Under the pieces are notes generated by a model. That model was not told where the DNA came from, ran no database searches, and saw nothing but the letters and a program-made list of their open reading frames with translations. Of a DNA stretch of 64,000 nucleotides, positions 20,216 through 29,914 are shown one piece after another. Every line of letters starts with the position of its first letter. The first letter of the stretch is position 1. The translations under genes and the position numbers were made by a program. The DNA comes from a virus. Its lineage: Duplodnaviria > Caudoviricetes. The stretch covers positions 154,949 through 218,948 of the IMG/VR virus record IMGVR_UViG_641201006_000001; one strand, written 5' to 3'.

Positions 20216-20441
20216 TTTGACTTCCTCCTCGATTTTGGTTTAATACTTTTTGATATTCACTTGCCATCTCGTCACTGCCATAGAAAGGAGTTTGGCACTC
20301 CTCTCCCGTGACGACTTCCTCTTTACTGCCACGTATCAATCTTATTAAATCTTTTACTATGTCTATCGTCCACTCGAATACGAGTATCAAGACGACAGAT
20401 AAGACGAACGCTACAATTATTGCAATCACGTCTGCTATCAA
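20196..20441 (-). CDS. Small membrane protein
   Basis: N-terminal hydrophobic helix; GGAGG SD. Confidence 0.65.
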   Translation of the reverse strand: MIADVIAIIVAFVLSVVLILVFEWTIDIVKDLIRLIRGSKEEVVTGEECQTPFYGSDEMASEYQKVLNQNRGGSQNDSIKK

Positions 20442-20453
20442 GAGGAAAACCTC

Positions 20454-21410
20454 CTATGATTCAAGCGACGACTCCGTGTTCTTCATTAACTTCATTGCAT
20501 CAGCTAATTGATTCGATAGAACCACCAGCTTCTTATCAAGTATATCTTCATACTCGGATGCTCTGTCTTGTAAATCCACCACACGTTTTGCATATCGCTG
20601 AACAGTTTTGACACTGGCTGTGCCTTTGCCAAGTAAGTCTGCAAAGTCGGCAAGCAATTGATTTGCTTCCTCTGACATTTGTGACTCAACCTGACGTTGT
20701 ACCATATCACGTTGATCGCTCGTATCAATCATTGGAATAACTTCCATAATCGACTTCGACGTTCCCGTATGGTAATCCTCTAAGTCATCAATCACGCCAC
20801 GTAGGTTCTCTAACGTGTTACGTTGATTACGAGGAATGAATGTAGCCCTACCATTCGGCATGATGCTTACATGGTTCATGTCATTTACGACACGACGTAC
20901 AAGATTGTTTACAGTATCCTTAGTATGGAACTGCATCCATTCATTATACAAAGCTTGTGTATCAGACAGCAATACATCATACGGGTATTCTGTTAAGAAA
21001 CTTGAATCCCAACTAATGTCCATTGTGCCTGTTTTCTTTTGAAGAATGAATTTCCCCACTGTAGCATAGCCCAGTTGCTCATTCTTCTTATCCACTAGCT
21101 CTCGTACCAAGTGACGAATCACCATATTGCCATCGGACTTCACTTCACGAACCATCAGTCGTGCTTCGCTCGGTTTTCCTCCGAAGTCTATTGTCACCGT
21201 TGACGTTGCTTTTGCAGTCGCCCGGCGGTAAGCATCATGAGCCTTAATTTCCTGAGGCATGAACTTCGGGTCTAAGCTATTTCTAGCAAAGATTTGCCCT
21301 AAGTCATCCTTATGGATACGAAGGTCTGAAATGGTATGGAACTCTAAGAACCCTAATAATTCGGAAGTTTGCAAGTCTGCATTACTTCTTACTGCTGCTA
21401 CGTTTGCCAT
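20454..21410 (-). CDS. Conserved phage protein (DUF6744-like, tentative)
   Basis: 318 aa; LLG...DAYRRAT...G..FIP pattern. Confidence 0.7.
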   Translation of the reverse strand: MANVAAVRSNADLQTSELLGFLEFHTISDLRIHKDDLGQIFARNSLDPKFMPQEIKAHDAYRRATAKATSTVTIDFGGKPSEARLMVREVKSDGNMVIRHLVRELVDKKNEQLGYATVGKFILQKKTGTMDISWDSSFLTEYPYDVLLSDTQALYNEWMQFHTKDTVNNLVRRVVNDMNHVSIMPNGRATFIPRNQRNTLENLRGVIDDLEDYHTGTSKSIMEVIPMIDTSDQRDMVQRQVESQMSEEANQLLADFADLLGKGTASVKTVQRYAKRVVDLQDRASEYEDILDKKLVVLSNQLADAMKLMKNTESSLES

Positions 21411-21433
21411 AACTGTTTCCCCTCTCCTAGTAG

Positions 21434-21811
21434 TTACTTAATTTCAAGAGACAACTTCATGTAGGTATCAAAGCCCATCTCGATGTCAAAGAATGCACCG
21501 TATTCAGTTGTCGTGTAGCTAACCGTTTCTGTATTGAATAGCAACGGTAATACATGGTTTAAGTTTGTAGATGGGTCTGTATCTAACCCTTCACGCTTCA
21601 TAATCTCTTCTGCCTTTGGCGTTACATATCCATAATGTAATTCCACATTATCTACTTCAGCAGAATAGACCAAATCCACTTTTACAATACCTTTCGTGCG
21701 AACGAAAGTAGAAGCTAGAGCTTCAATCATCCCTTGTAAATCATTATGTGTTAAGCTGATTTGTACCTTGTCAGCTTTAATCAGAGTGCCAAGTCTGTTT
21801 GTATATGCCAT
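21434..21811 (-). CDS. Hypothetical protein
   Basis: ATG 21811 after AGGAGG. Confidence 0.7.
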   Translation of the reverse strand: MAYTNRLGTLIKADKVQISLTHNDLQGMIEALASTFVRTKGIVKVDLVYSAEVDNVELHYGYVTPKAEEIMKREGLDTDPSTNLNHVLPLLFNTETVSYTTTEYGAFFDIEMGFDTYMKLSLEIK

Positions 21812-21822
21812 GCTATAACCTC

Positions 21823-22359
21823 CTACCATAGTACGTAATCGTCTTTTAAATGAACGAGTTTCTTCGATAATAAATGACCGATTACATTTGTTCCGCCTAC
21901 AAAGAATCTCACTACTTTCCATTCATCATTCTCAACAACAATGGAGTAGATATAAGCGTCTTGTCTATCCAAGATATAATTTGTTTCATCTCTTGTTAAG
22001 ATGTAATTGTTACTATTTAATCCCTTGAATGCTTTTCTCGGAATTAAATCTGCTTCGTGCATAAAGTCCTGTATATTATCCACTGTCGGTGCAGATGATT
22101 TCACCGGTGGTTCAGGCTTCTTGTATTCAATTATTTCCGGTACAACTTCGTACGCTTTTAAATATGATATTGGAAGGTTCTCACTATGTGCGACAGACTT
22201 CATGGCTTCATGTACTGACCTCGCCTGTATCTTCTTTAGCAAGATTTCCGTATCAAACGGTTCATTTGCTTCTGTTGTATTACCTTTGTCATCGACATCG
22301 TAAATACGAGCGTCTGCATACTTTTCATCCACCATGACTAGATATGTCTTCACAATCAT
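21823..22359 (-). CDS. Hypothetical protein
   Basis: 178 aa; AAGGAGG SD; sigmaF-like promoter upstream. Confidence 0.75.
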   Translation of the reverse strand: MIVKTYLVMVDEKYADARIYDVDDKGNTTEANEPFDTEILLKKIQARSVHEAMKSVAHSENLPISYLKAYEVVPEIIEYKKPEPPVKSSAPTVDNIQDFMHEADLIPRKAFKGLNSNNYILTRDETNYILDRQDAYIYSIVVENDEWKVVRFFVGGTNVIGHLLSKKLVHLKDDYVLW

Positions 22360-22375
22360 CCCTCCTTGTTACTTA

Positions 22376-22405
22376 TAGTGTTACCAAATGTAATGCTAAT
22401 TATGC
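22376..22405 (-). promoter_or_regulatory. SigmaF-like promoter GCATA-N15-GGTAACACTA
   Basis: Motif family member. Confidence 0.65.
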
Positions 22406-22816
22406 AGCAAACTCTACATAAAATTCATTCATGTCTACCTTCGCTGCACCTACAAGATACCCAATCACACCATTCGTATTAATCGTGTCATCAGATACAA
22501 TCCAGTGACCGTGTATATTTTCTTTCACGGCATAGAATCTCAATGTACGACCTGCTTCTACAGATAACACCTGTACATGGTCGAGTGTGTGAAGATACTG
22601 TGCATTACCAGGAACACGGTCAGTCTTACGAAGAAGATTCGCGGCTATAATGAAATCTTCAAATGACATGTCGGTACGATCATCGTTACCCTCTTCCATC
22701 ATTGCGTTGATAGTGTTTAACATCCTATCTTTGACAGCATCATCTATACCCATTTCACCATCGAAATACTCGTCCTCATAATCAAAATCCATATCCTCAT
22801 TAACTTGCGGATTCAT
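22400..22816 (-). CDS. Hypothetical protein
   Basis: Open frame; start probably at 22816 after AAGGTG. Confidence 0.7.
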   Translation of the reverse strand: MNPQVNEDMDFDYEDEYFDGEMGIDDAVKDRMLNTINAMMEEGNDDRTDMSFEDFIIAANLLRKTDRVPGNAQYLHTLDHVQVLSVEAGRTLRFYAVKENIHGHWIVSDDTINTNGVIGYLVGAAKVDMNEFYVEFAA

Positions 22817-23048
22817 CTTCATCACCTTCATCGTCTCCACAAATTACTAAATGGAAGTATTCTTCTGTAACCAGTTTATCCATTGTTGTTTCATGCGTAC
22901 ATGTGTAACATTCAACGTCTGTCGGTTGTAGTTCTTCTGTTGGGCTGACATTAATTGTCTTACCGCTTCCATCACATACAACAACGGCTGTCATATTTTT
23001 GTGGTACTTAAATATTCCACCGCCACATTCCGGGCATACTTTTGTCAT
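22800..23048 (-). CDS. Small zinc-ribbon protein
   Basis: CPEC...CYTC; GAGGAGG SD. Confidence 0.75.
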   Translation of the reverse strand: MTKVCPECGGGIFKYHKNMTAVVVCDGSGKTINVSPTEELQPTDVECYTCTHETTMDKLVTEEYFHLVICGDDEGDEDESAS

Positions 23049-23151
23049 ACAAATCTAACCTCCTCTGGTTCTTACCACTGGTTATCTATATGAACTAGGG
23101 CATTACCCTAGAGAATCTACGTAATAGTGCGTGCGAACGCACAAAAGATGT

Positions 23152-23526
23152 TTAAAACATGTGTCTTCCTTTACGTTTTGCTTCCTTCATCGCCTTACGT
23201 CGTGCTTCACGATTTTGATATAGTTCAACCGGGTACTTCATTGATTCGTTTATCTTTTCTATAAACTGTTCATCTAAACTTTGTGCAACTCTTGGAGCAG
23301 CGATAATTTCAATTTGCTCCTGTATATCCTGCAATACGATATGGTTACTTATCTTCGCTAATTCCGCCATTGCCTCAGGACTTAATTTACCACTTTGAGA
23401 ACCAACAACGATGTATTTCTTTTCTTTTTCATTTATTTCTGATATTCCTTCATAAAACGCCTCTAATGCATCAGGATCCATTCGGCCACTCGCATCATCA
23501 ACGATGATTAATTGCTCTCTTTCCAC
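23152..23526 (-). CDS. Hypothetical protein
   Basis: GTG after GAGGGAG; ends NREARRK. Confidence 0.7.
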   Translation of the reverse strand: MEREQLIIVDDASGRMDPDALEAFYEGISEINEKEKKYIVVGSQSGKLSPEAMAELAKISNHIVLQDIQEQIEIIAAPRVAQSLDEQFIEKINESMKYPVELYQNREARRKAMKEAKRKGRHMF

Positions 23527-23788
23527 GGTTCTCCCTCGCTTCTTTACGGCGTTGCGCACGGTTCTTAAAATTCATCGCATCAATTTGACGTTGCTCTGCT
23601 AAGACCATCGCTTCTTGCCATCCATGTAAATGTACATCACTCGGATCAACCGCAAGCATTTTGCCTCGTCCTCCTGTTGCACCAAACATTTCAACAACAA
23701 CACCTTTTGGTATGTTTAGATAAGAATAGGCAGCGGAGTGTGCCGGATTAAACCCGACAACACCCGTGCCTATAGAACGCCTCATCAC
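23498..23788 (-). CDS. Hypothetical protein
   Basis: 96 aa; ends NRAQRRK. Confidence 0.65.
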   Translation of the reverse strand: MMRRSIGTGVVGFNPAHSAAYSYLNIPKGVVVEMFGATGGRGKMLAVDPSDVHLHGWQEAMVLAEQRQIDAMNFKNRAQRRKEARENRGKRAINHR

Positions 23789-24288
23789 TTCGCCACCAGA
23801 TGCGCCATATCTTTTGCATCTGTCGCTTTGATTTCGATTTCTTCTGTGCGGTCAAACTCTTCATCCGTTAATGCCATGAACTGAATCATAGCAGGTTTGA
23901 ATTGTCGCCACGCACCACGTTCATGACACCATGCGACAACTTGACCATTCTTCCAATTGTGAGGTTCAATTAAACGTTTTGATATACCGCCTTTTGCATC
24001 TTTGTATTCAATCGCTAACTTCTTACGTTGCGTTGCACTCATTACAATATAAGCGATAAACATCGACGGGTCATCTGTTTGTAGGTCGGAAGTATTTGCC
24101 ACTTTTGTAGACTCTCCCGGCTTCTCGTATGACTTCTCGATGTTGGTGTTGATGAACGCTTTATACATGTTCGCCATCACACCGTCTGGATCGTTTTCCT
24201 TTTCTACTTTGTATGCTTCCACCATAAGTTTCTGAATACGACTAAGCTGTCTATATTCAACTCCGTTATCTGCCACTAATCTCATCAA
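23785..24288 (-). CDS. WYL-domain protein
   Basis: IEYKDAKGGISKRLIEP...VVAWCHERGAWRQFKPAMI. Confidence 0.85.
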   Translation of the reverse strand: MMRLVADNGVEYRQLSRIQKLMVEAYKVEKENDPDGVMANMYKAFINTNIEKSYEKPGESTKVANTSDLQTDDPSMFIAYIVMSATQRKKLAIEYKDAKGGISKRLIEPHNWKNGQVVAWCHERGAWRQFKPAMIQFMALTDEEFDRTEEIEIKATDAKDMAHLVAK

Positions 24289-24736
24289 ACTTCGCCTCCT
24301 GTAATGTATCTTGGAACTCCATTAAATAATACGATGCAATTTGTGCTGGCAAGAAGCCCTCGTCCGGGCGTTCTGTCACATACTTGCTATATGATTTTAG
24401 TAAGAAACGTAACTGCATTTCATTACAGTCCTTCCAATTTCTCGGCCAGTTTTGTTTTGGATGAACATTCATATCCATTAGGTACTCATCTAGGTAACCA
24501 TGACTTAATGCTTCTTTAATTACATCTTCATGATATGCTAGTGTATCTTTACCCGGCTTCTTGCCGTAGTTTGGTAAATCACGCACATCGAATGTCTCCA
24601 TTTCAGGCTCATCTACAACCTGATAGTTGTATTTCATCTTCTCTTCTAATTCATCATGCATATAAGAATGAAAGATGGTAATGCCTCCATAGACGGTTAA
24701 CACTTCTGCTGGTACACGTTTAGATATATACGGCAT
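24266..24736 (-). CDS. Hypothetical protein
   Basis: 156 aa, translationally coupled. Confidence 0.7.
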   Translation of the reverse strand: MPYISKRVPAEVLTVYGGITIFHSYMHDELEEKMKYNYQVVDEPEMETFDVRDLPNYGKKPGKDTLAYHEDVIKEALSHGYLDEYLMDMNVHPKQNWPRNWKDCNEMQLRFLLKSYSKYVTERPDEGFLPAQIASYYLMEFQDTLQEAKFDEISGR

Positions 24737-25083
24737 TATTCAACACTCATTTCCGGATATAGTTTCGTTGCTGACTCAAAGATGGCATTATTACGTGGAT
24801 CAGAATCATTCATGAGTTTATCAGCAGCATGTTTCGCAATCGCAACCATCTGCTCTTTTGTATACTCACCGTTTTGGAATACGTTCTCTACTTCCGATAA
24901 AATGTCCATGTAGTCATAACGTACATGTCCATCGAACGGGAAAACTTCTACACTTTGCACTTCTGCATTAGGCCCCCATGCACCTTCGATACCTGCTTGC
25001 ACGCCTTTACAAAGACTAGAATCCGAAATCATATCTACTTTATCTAATGTCATTGCCACAAGAAATGTCTTCTTCATTACCAC
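24736..25083 (-). CDS. Hypothetical protein
   Basis: 115 aa, coupled. Confidence 0.7.
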   Translation of the reverse strand: MVMKKTFLVAMTLDKVDMISDSSLCKGVQAGIEGAWGPNAEVQSVEVFPFDGHVRYDYMDILSEVENVFQNGEYTKEQMVAIAKHAADKLMNDSDPRNNAIFESATKLYPEMSVE

Positions 25084-25544
25084 TTCATCCCCTCTTTTGG
25101 CGTATATTCTTTTATATTATGCATCGCCGTTTTTGCCTTCTCCATCCCTCCGCTTACACGTTCATGAAGATATTCATTATGTTGATTATTGATATGACTT
25201 GTAATGGTTGCTATATTTTCGTTCGCCATACTCACGGCATCAATCAATCCATTAATCGCTCGCTCCATATGCGCAAGTGACATACGAGTATTCCGTACTC
25301 GTTCAACTTCTATTTCATCATTGAGTGCAACATTCGCTTCACGAGCTAGTTGCGAAAGTTCCCACTCACCCATTGCTTGAATGACTTTATTGGATACGAT
25401 AGGTCGATAGTTCTTTTGTATATCTGTATTTTGAAAGGCTTTCTGCAACTGATACAATTCTTCTTCTGTTGCATTTAGCATCGTAATAAATAACGTAGGT
25501 CTGTCCGATAAACTTACAGGACTTGTTTGATTAATTTCTTCCAC
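25077..25544 (-). CDS. Hypothetical protein
   Basis: 155 aa, overlaps neighbours. Confidence 0.7.
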   Translation of the reverse strand: MEEINQTSPVSLSDRPTLFITMLNATEEELYQLQKAFQNTDIQKNYRPIVSNKVIQAMGEWELSQLAREANVALNDEIEVERVRNTRMSLAHMERAINGLIDAVSMANENIATITSHINNQHNEYLHERVSGGMEKAKTAMHNIKEYTPKEGMKW

Positions 25545-26278
25545 TCTTCGTCATCCTCCAATACCTTGACTACTTCAAAGTTCGTTGCTTCCATGCGTGC
25601 CTTCATCCAGTTTAATGTTAAGATGATATTCTTCATTGCATCTTCTAAGGATTGCACTTGGTTATCTACAGCTTCGATACCTACCCTATCATTACCACGA
25701 ACTGCTTCATTACGAAGATTTGTTAACCTATCGAAATGACGTTGAAACTGGTCAGATGAACTCATCTCTAGATTTACATCCACATACATATGGTCGGGTT
25801 TATACACATCCCAACGTATTCCTGTTACCCACGGTATCATTGTTCTAATACTATGCGGGTTGCCATACCCGTTTAGTGTATACCCATAAGTCACTTGTGT
25901 GAGTTCATCAAATATCTTCCACTGCGTTGACTCATCCAGTGCCAATGCAGATGGTGGTAATGCAAGGTCATCCTTGATTGTTAACTCTAAATCAACACAA
26001 TACGTTTCACTCTTACTAGGGTCGATTTCGAAGTTATAAAAGCAATGCATAAGGTCTTCCTCTTCGAATAGACTGCCCGAACCTGCATCTACCTGTAATG
26101 GTCGTACATACTGCATATCTGTAAAGTTTACAATTGCTTCGGGGAATGCAATGAGTAATGCGCCATTTTGATTATTCTCATAAATGAATCCCCTTGATCC
26201 ACACTCGACACCAATATTGTTTTCACCATTGGGCCAAAAGTCCTGACTTGCTTCTACCCAGTTCTTTAAGTGAATCAT
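25514..26278 (-). CDS. Hypothetical protein
   Basis: 254 aa. Confidence 0.75.
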   Translation of the reverse strand: MIHLKNWVEASQDFWPNGENNIGVECGSRGFIYENNQNGALLIAFPEAIVNFTDMQYVRPLQVDAGSGSLFEEEDLMHCFYNFEIDPSKSETYCVDLELTIKDDLALPPSALALDESTQWKIFDELTQVTYGYTLNGYGNPHSIRTMIPWVTGIRWDVYKPDHMYVDVNLEMSSSDQFQRHFDRLTNLRNEAVRGNDRVGIEAVDNQVQSLEDAMKNIILTLNWMKARMEATNFEVVKVLEDDEEWKKLIKQVL

Positions 26279-26434
26279 TTAGCACGCCACCCTTCCTCGC
26301 TGTGCTGTACTGCTGATAATTGCAGTTGGTTCCTTCGCTAACAACTTTTGGTCTGCCTCACCTGTTGTTTTAGCGTATATAAAATCTGAATGTGGATAAC
26401 CATCCACGTAATACTTAATGTAATACTCAAACAT
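26279..26434 (-). CDS. Small hypothetical protein
   Basis: AAAGGAGG SD behind the hairpin element at 26469. Confidence 0.65.
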   Translation of the reverse strand: MFEYYIKYYVDGYPHSDFIYAKTTGEADQKLLAKEPTAIISSTAQRGRVAC

Positions 26435-26504
26435 GACTACTAACCTCCTTTTGTCGTACAAAAAGAGCCGTGCGAACGGCTCCCTGATTTTACATGACTA
26501 AGCG

Positions 26505-26783
26505 TTATCCGATTGCTGGATAATTATCTCTTACGAACTCTGAAATGAAGTATGGTGTTTCTTCTTTTGTATCGTTAGCAAGATAGAATCCCATTTCTTC
26601 TTCACCACTATCTGGATTATAGATGTACTGCACGGTTGTTTGACAGATGTCATATGCCTTTTCATCCGCTACATCTAAGAACTGATAGAACAGTGTCTCA
26701 TCGTCCGCTAATTGAATCTTTAATGCCAATGTATTTGTAATGCTAGATGTTGCCGTGTTATCCCCTTGTAGTACAGCCGCCAT
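26505..26783 (-). CDS. Hypothetical protein
   Basis: 92 aa; AAGGAG SD. Confidence 0.7.
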   Translation of the reverse strand: MAAVLQGDNTATSSITNTLALKIQLADDETLFYQFLDVADEKAYDICQTTVQYIYNPDSGEEEMGFYLANDTKEETPYFISEFVRDNYPAIG

Positions 26784-26810
26784 ACGACCACTCCTTTGCT
26801 ATGTTACTTT

Positions 26811-26839
26811 TAGTATTACCATTTGAAATACTCTTATGC
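26811..26839 (-). promoter_or_regulatory. SigmaF-like promoter GCATA-N14-GGTAATACTA
   Basis: Motif family member. Confidence 0.65.
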
Positions 26840-27262
26840 ATGTTGTGGTAAATAATTCTCATGCTCCGCCATGACCTGCTGACGGTACTTGCTATGTGGC
26901 TTAAACCAAACATCATAGACCATCTTTCTAAGTCTCCGGTCACCGAATAACCGTGCTGGTGGTACTGGTCGTTTCTCGTCGATATACATTGTTACTAATG
27001 TTCTGTCACGATTATCCACGACAATGTTCCATTCGTGATAATATCGTACTTCGGTGTGTTCTGTATCGCCGGGTCTACCGTAGATTGAGAACAACAGCAT
27101 GTAGTTCGCTCGTTTTGTTAACTCTGCGCTACCTACCTTCTGAAATCTTTTACGTGCTTGTTTCTTTTTCGTAGCCTCTGCCATACGTTGACGGAAGCGG
27201 TCTTCAAAGTGTTCACTTGCTTCGTAATACGTTGTTTGATAGTAGTACCGTCTTTTTACCAT
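26834..27262 (-). CDS. Basic hypothetical protein, possible RelE/BECR-like RNase fold
   Basis: SEHFEDRFRQR...IVVD..RTLVTMY; GAGGAGGTG SD. Confidence 0.6.
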   Translation of the reverse strand: MVKRRYYYQTTYYEASEHFEDRFRQRMAEATKKKQARKRFQKVGSAELTKRANYMLLFSIYGRPGDTEHTEVRYYHEWNIVVDNRDRTLVTMYIDEKRPVPPARLFGDRRLRKMVYDVWFKPHSKYRQQVMAEHENYLPQHA

Positions 27263-27610
27263 ATCTCTCACCTCCTCTATAGTATAAAGCAAAAGACACG
27301 GCATAAGTCACCGTGTCTTGCTGTAAGCGAGGAATAAGTTATCGAACCATCCTCATTATAACATCGTGAAATACTGTATAACAGGTACAATATTTTACAA
27401 TATCATACGTTTTTATCCATCAACCGAATAACCGTATCCTCCGTTCTGTTCGCGACCATACTAGGATTCCTCGAATTATTATGTATCAGAAATGGGTACA
27501 CGATAAACCAACCCTTGTTACCCATTAGGATGAGCCAATCTAAAAAGGGCGAAAAGCAAATGCTCATTCAATACACGATACGCTCATATACTCAATGAGA
27601 ATTTGATATA

Positions 27611-27726
27611 GTGCAACGGGCAGGATTCGAACCTGCGACTTTCTGTATACTCCGGTGACCTCTGTCATGAGCAGTAGTGACCCATCTCCGTATACAGACT
27701 GTTTTACCCCTAAACTACCGGAAGCA
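27611..27726 (-). ncRNA. tRNA-like RNA with greatly expanded anticodon arm
   Basis: D arm GTTT-AGGGGTA-AAAC; T arm GCAGG-TTCGAAT-CCTGC; anticodon arm TCTGTATAC-(37 nt)-GTATACAGA; imperfect acceptor stem. Confidence 0.7.
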
Positions 27727-27865
27727 TGGAGAAGAGATACTATGCAGTGCATCCCTTCAACAGTGTGTAAAATTTACATAACGATGAATCGGTTAAAGTC
27801 ATCGTGACATTTTAGCGAGCCTATCGGTTAAATATGGCTCTTGTGGTGGGCTTTGCCCATGATAT

Positions 27866-27892
27866 AAAAAGGAGAGGATATTTCACCTCTCC
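27866..27892 (-). terminator. Intrinsic terminator
   Basis: GGAGAGG...CCTCTCC stem followed by TTTTT. Confidence 0.65.
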
Positions 27893-28170
27893 GCTCCGAG
27901 TCATGTGATCCTATACAAATAACTCATAAGACTAAACTAACAATAATCGTAGAACCCAATACCAATAATAACCTATAGATAGAGACTAACACTTTGAAAC
28001 CAATTAATATTTTTAGCTAATTAGACCATTGAAAATTAATGAGATACAAAAAACATAGCCAACATATCAAGGCAGGTGTGATTTGCTTTGGAGATAGAAA
28101 TTTAGGCGGGCATTACGCCCATAGGAGGGAACACACGCAGGACTCCCCAGTTCTCGTGCATTCGCCTTTA

Positions 28171-28245
28171 GGTCATCATGTAAGGTTTCGAACCCCATTC
28201 TCTGACATTGTTAGGTCAGCGCTTTACCTATTAAGCTACGATGAC
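28171..28245 (-). tRNA. Atypical tRNA or pseudo-tRNA with an 8-nt anticodon loop CTAACAAT
   Basis: Acceptor GTCATCG/TGATGAC; D arm GCTT..AAGC; anticodon stem CTGAC/GTCAG; T arm TGGGG-TTCGAAA-CCTTA; 2-nt insert before the 3' acceptor strand; no encoded CCA. Confidence 0.7.
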
Positions 28246-28306
28246 ATGAACTCCGGTTACCCGGAGAACAATATAAATCAGTTTTTGTGTATGTAACGGT
28301 AACCTT

Positions 28307-28335
28307 ATTATATAAGGCTTATGTCACAATTGCAA
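28307..28335 (-). promoter_or_regulatory. SigmaA promoter for the tRNA-like cluster
   Basis: TTGCAA-N17-TATAAT. Confidence 0.7.
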
Positions 28336-28351
28336 CACCTTTTTGTAACAT

Positions 28352-29098
28352 TTATTTATTATGATGATACTCATAATATGGTGTACGTGAACCAGCAATA
28401 AAGAAGTTCAAATACGGATCAGGTGTAAGTTCTGCATCCTGCGTCGCACGTCGTACTTTCATACTCGTACCACAATCATGACAGTTTACTTCTTTGACAC
28501 CTTCAGGTACGAAATGATTTGCTTCTGTTTTACAACGATTGTTTGGACACTTGTAGCGTACTTTATATCGCTTCGTGCCGTCACTATCTATTTTGAATCC
28601 TGTCTTCGATGGATCGTTCTCTTCTACGACAGGTTCTTCCTTCTTATTCATAGCAGCCTTCATGCGTTCACCGATTGTTGTACCGAAACCATTTGATTCT
28701 TCGTGTACCACTTCTAATGAATCATGTTTCTTGTTTTCTGCTATCGGATTAAACGGCTCATATGATTCTGCTATTTCTCTAGCGGCTCTTAGTGCTTGTG
28801 GTGGTATATGTTGCACGGGTAAATCAACATCAATATCAGGCATCGTTTGTCGCTTACTCACACGTTGTGATGGTGATACATATTCCACCTGCATACCCTT
28901 CTCTACAATCGTAGGGTCTGAATCACCTAATAGCTTACTGAAATCCATGATAGGTCGTTCTGCTTGTGCAAATTGGAATGCGTGCATCAATGCTTTCTCT
29001 ACTGCAAATTGTTTTAGTTGATCGCTTGGATTCGGAATCTCAAGTTTAATCTCCGGCTCCGATTTAATATGTAGCTTCATTTTCTCTACTGTGTCCAT
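28352..29098 (-). CDS. Hypothetical protein with a C-terminal zinc ribbon (paralogue of 46352..46816)
   Basis: RYKCPNNRC...CHDCG...NFFIAG; GAGGAGG SD. Confidence 0.75.
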   Translation of the reverse strand: MDTVEKMKLHIKSEPEIKLEIPNPSDQLKQFAVEKALMHAFQFAQAERPIMDFSKLLGDSDPTIVEKGMQVEYVSPSQRVSKRQTMPDIDVDLPVQHIPPQALRAAREIAESYEPFNPIAENKKHDSLEVVHEESNGFGTTIGERMKAAMNKKEEPVVEENDPSKTGFKIDSDGTKRYKVRYKCPNNRCKTEANHFVPEGVKEVNCHDCGTSMKVRRATQDAELTPDPYLNFFIAGSRTPYYEYHHNK

Positions 29099-29130
29099 TA
29101 CGGTTCCTCCTCGACAACAGAAAAGGCACT

Positions 29131-29838
29131 CTAATTGAGTACCTTTAACTGCACGTTTCGTACACCCCAAGATTCAGATGCTTGAAATGACGGCATTAAT
29201 AAGTCTACACGATTTCCTTTAATAGCGCCACCGGTATCTAGTGCCATCGCCTCACCGTATCCTTCCACCCATACTTTACTACCGAGCGGAATGACACTAG
29301 GGTCAACGGCAATCACTTTTGCTCCGGGATTCGCTGATAGGTCATACCCTGTCTTCGTTAATACTCGTCCTCCATATGTACCACCATTTTCACTCGGATG
29401 CGCTGTATAAGCCGTAGCCTTTACAGTGAGTGTTCGCCCGCCGTCTGATGGTGGTATATCACCGGCAGGTTCAGCCTTTTTTGCTTGTAAGTTCTTGACT
29501 TCCTTACGAGCGTTGTCTAAGTCAGCTTGTGCTTTAGACAATTCATTTTGGAGACTGTCAATACGTTCTTTTGACTGTTGCAGTTCTGTTTCTTTATTGT
29601 TCAGGCTATTGTCGAGAATGGTTTTCTCTTCTGTCGCCTTTGCAACTTCGTTCTCCAATCCTGCAATGGTATTATTCTGCGTAGAGACTTTCTTCTCCAT
29701 AACAGAAATGACTTTCTCCTTTTCGAGAAGCGCCTTGTCGTACTTCTTAAATTCGCCTTCTACTTGAAATGCGGAATAGATTACAAAACCTATTGTAAGT
29801 ATTACTGCGAATAATGTTGCGACTTGGTTCCTATTCAT
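29131..29838 (-). CDS. Membrane-anchored coiled-coil 3D-domain (lytic transglycosylase-like) protein
   Basis: TM helix, coiled coil, ATAYT...IAVDPSVIPLGS...ALDTGGAIKGNRVDL. Confidence 0.9.
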   Translation of the reverse strand: MNRNQVATLFAVILTIGFVIYSAFQVEGEFKKYDKALLEKEKVISVMEKKVSTQNNTIAGLENEVAKATEEKTILDNSLNNKETELQQSKERIDSLQNELSKAQADLDNARKEVKNLQAKKAEPAGDIPPSDGGRTLTVKATAYTAHPSENGGTYGGRVLTKTGYDLSANPGAKVIAVDPSVIPLGSKVWVEGYGEAMALDTGGAIKGNRVDLLMPSFQASESWGVRNVQLKVLN

Positions 29839-29914
29839 TCGAACAGTCCTTTCTGAAAATAACAATAGCCCCCAGTTATGCCGGGGGCAAGGTTACATTC
29901 TAGTATAACATACA

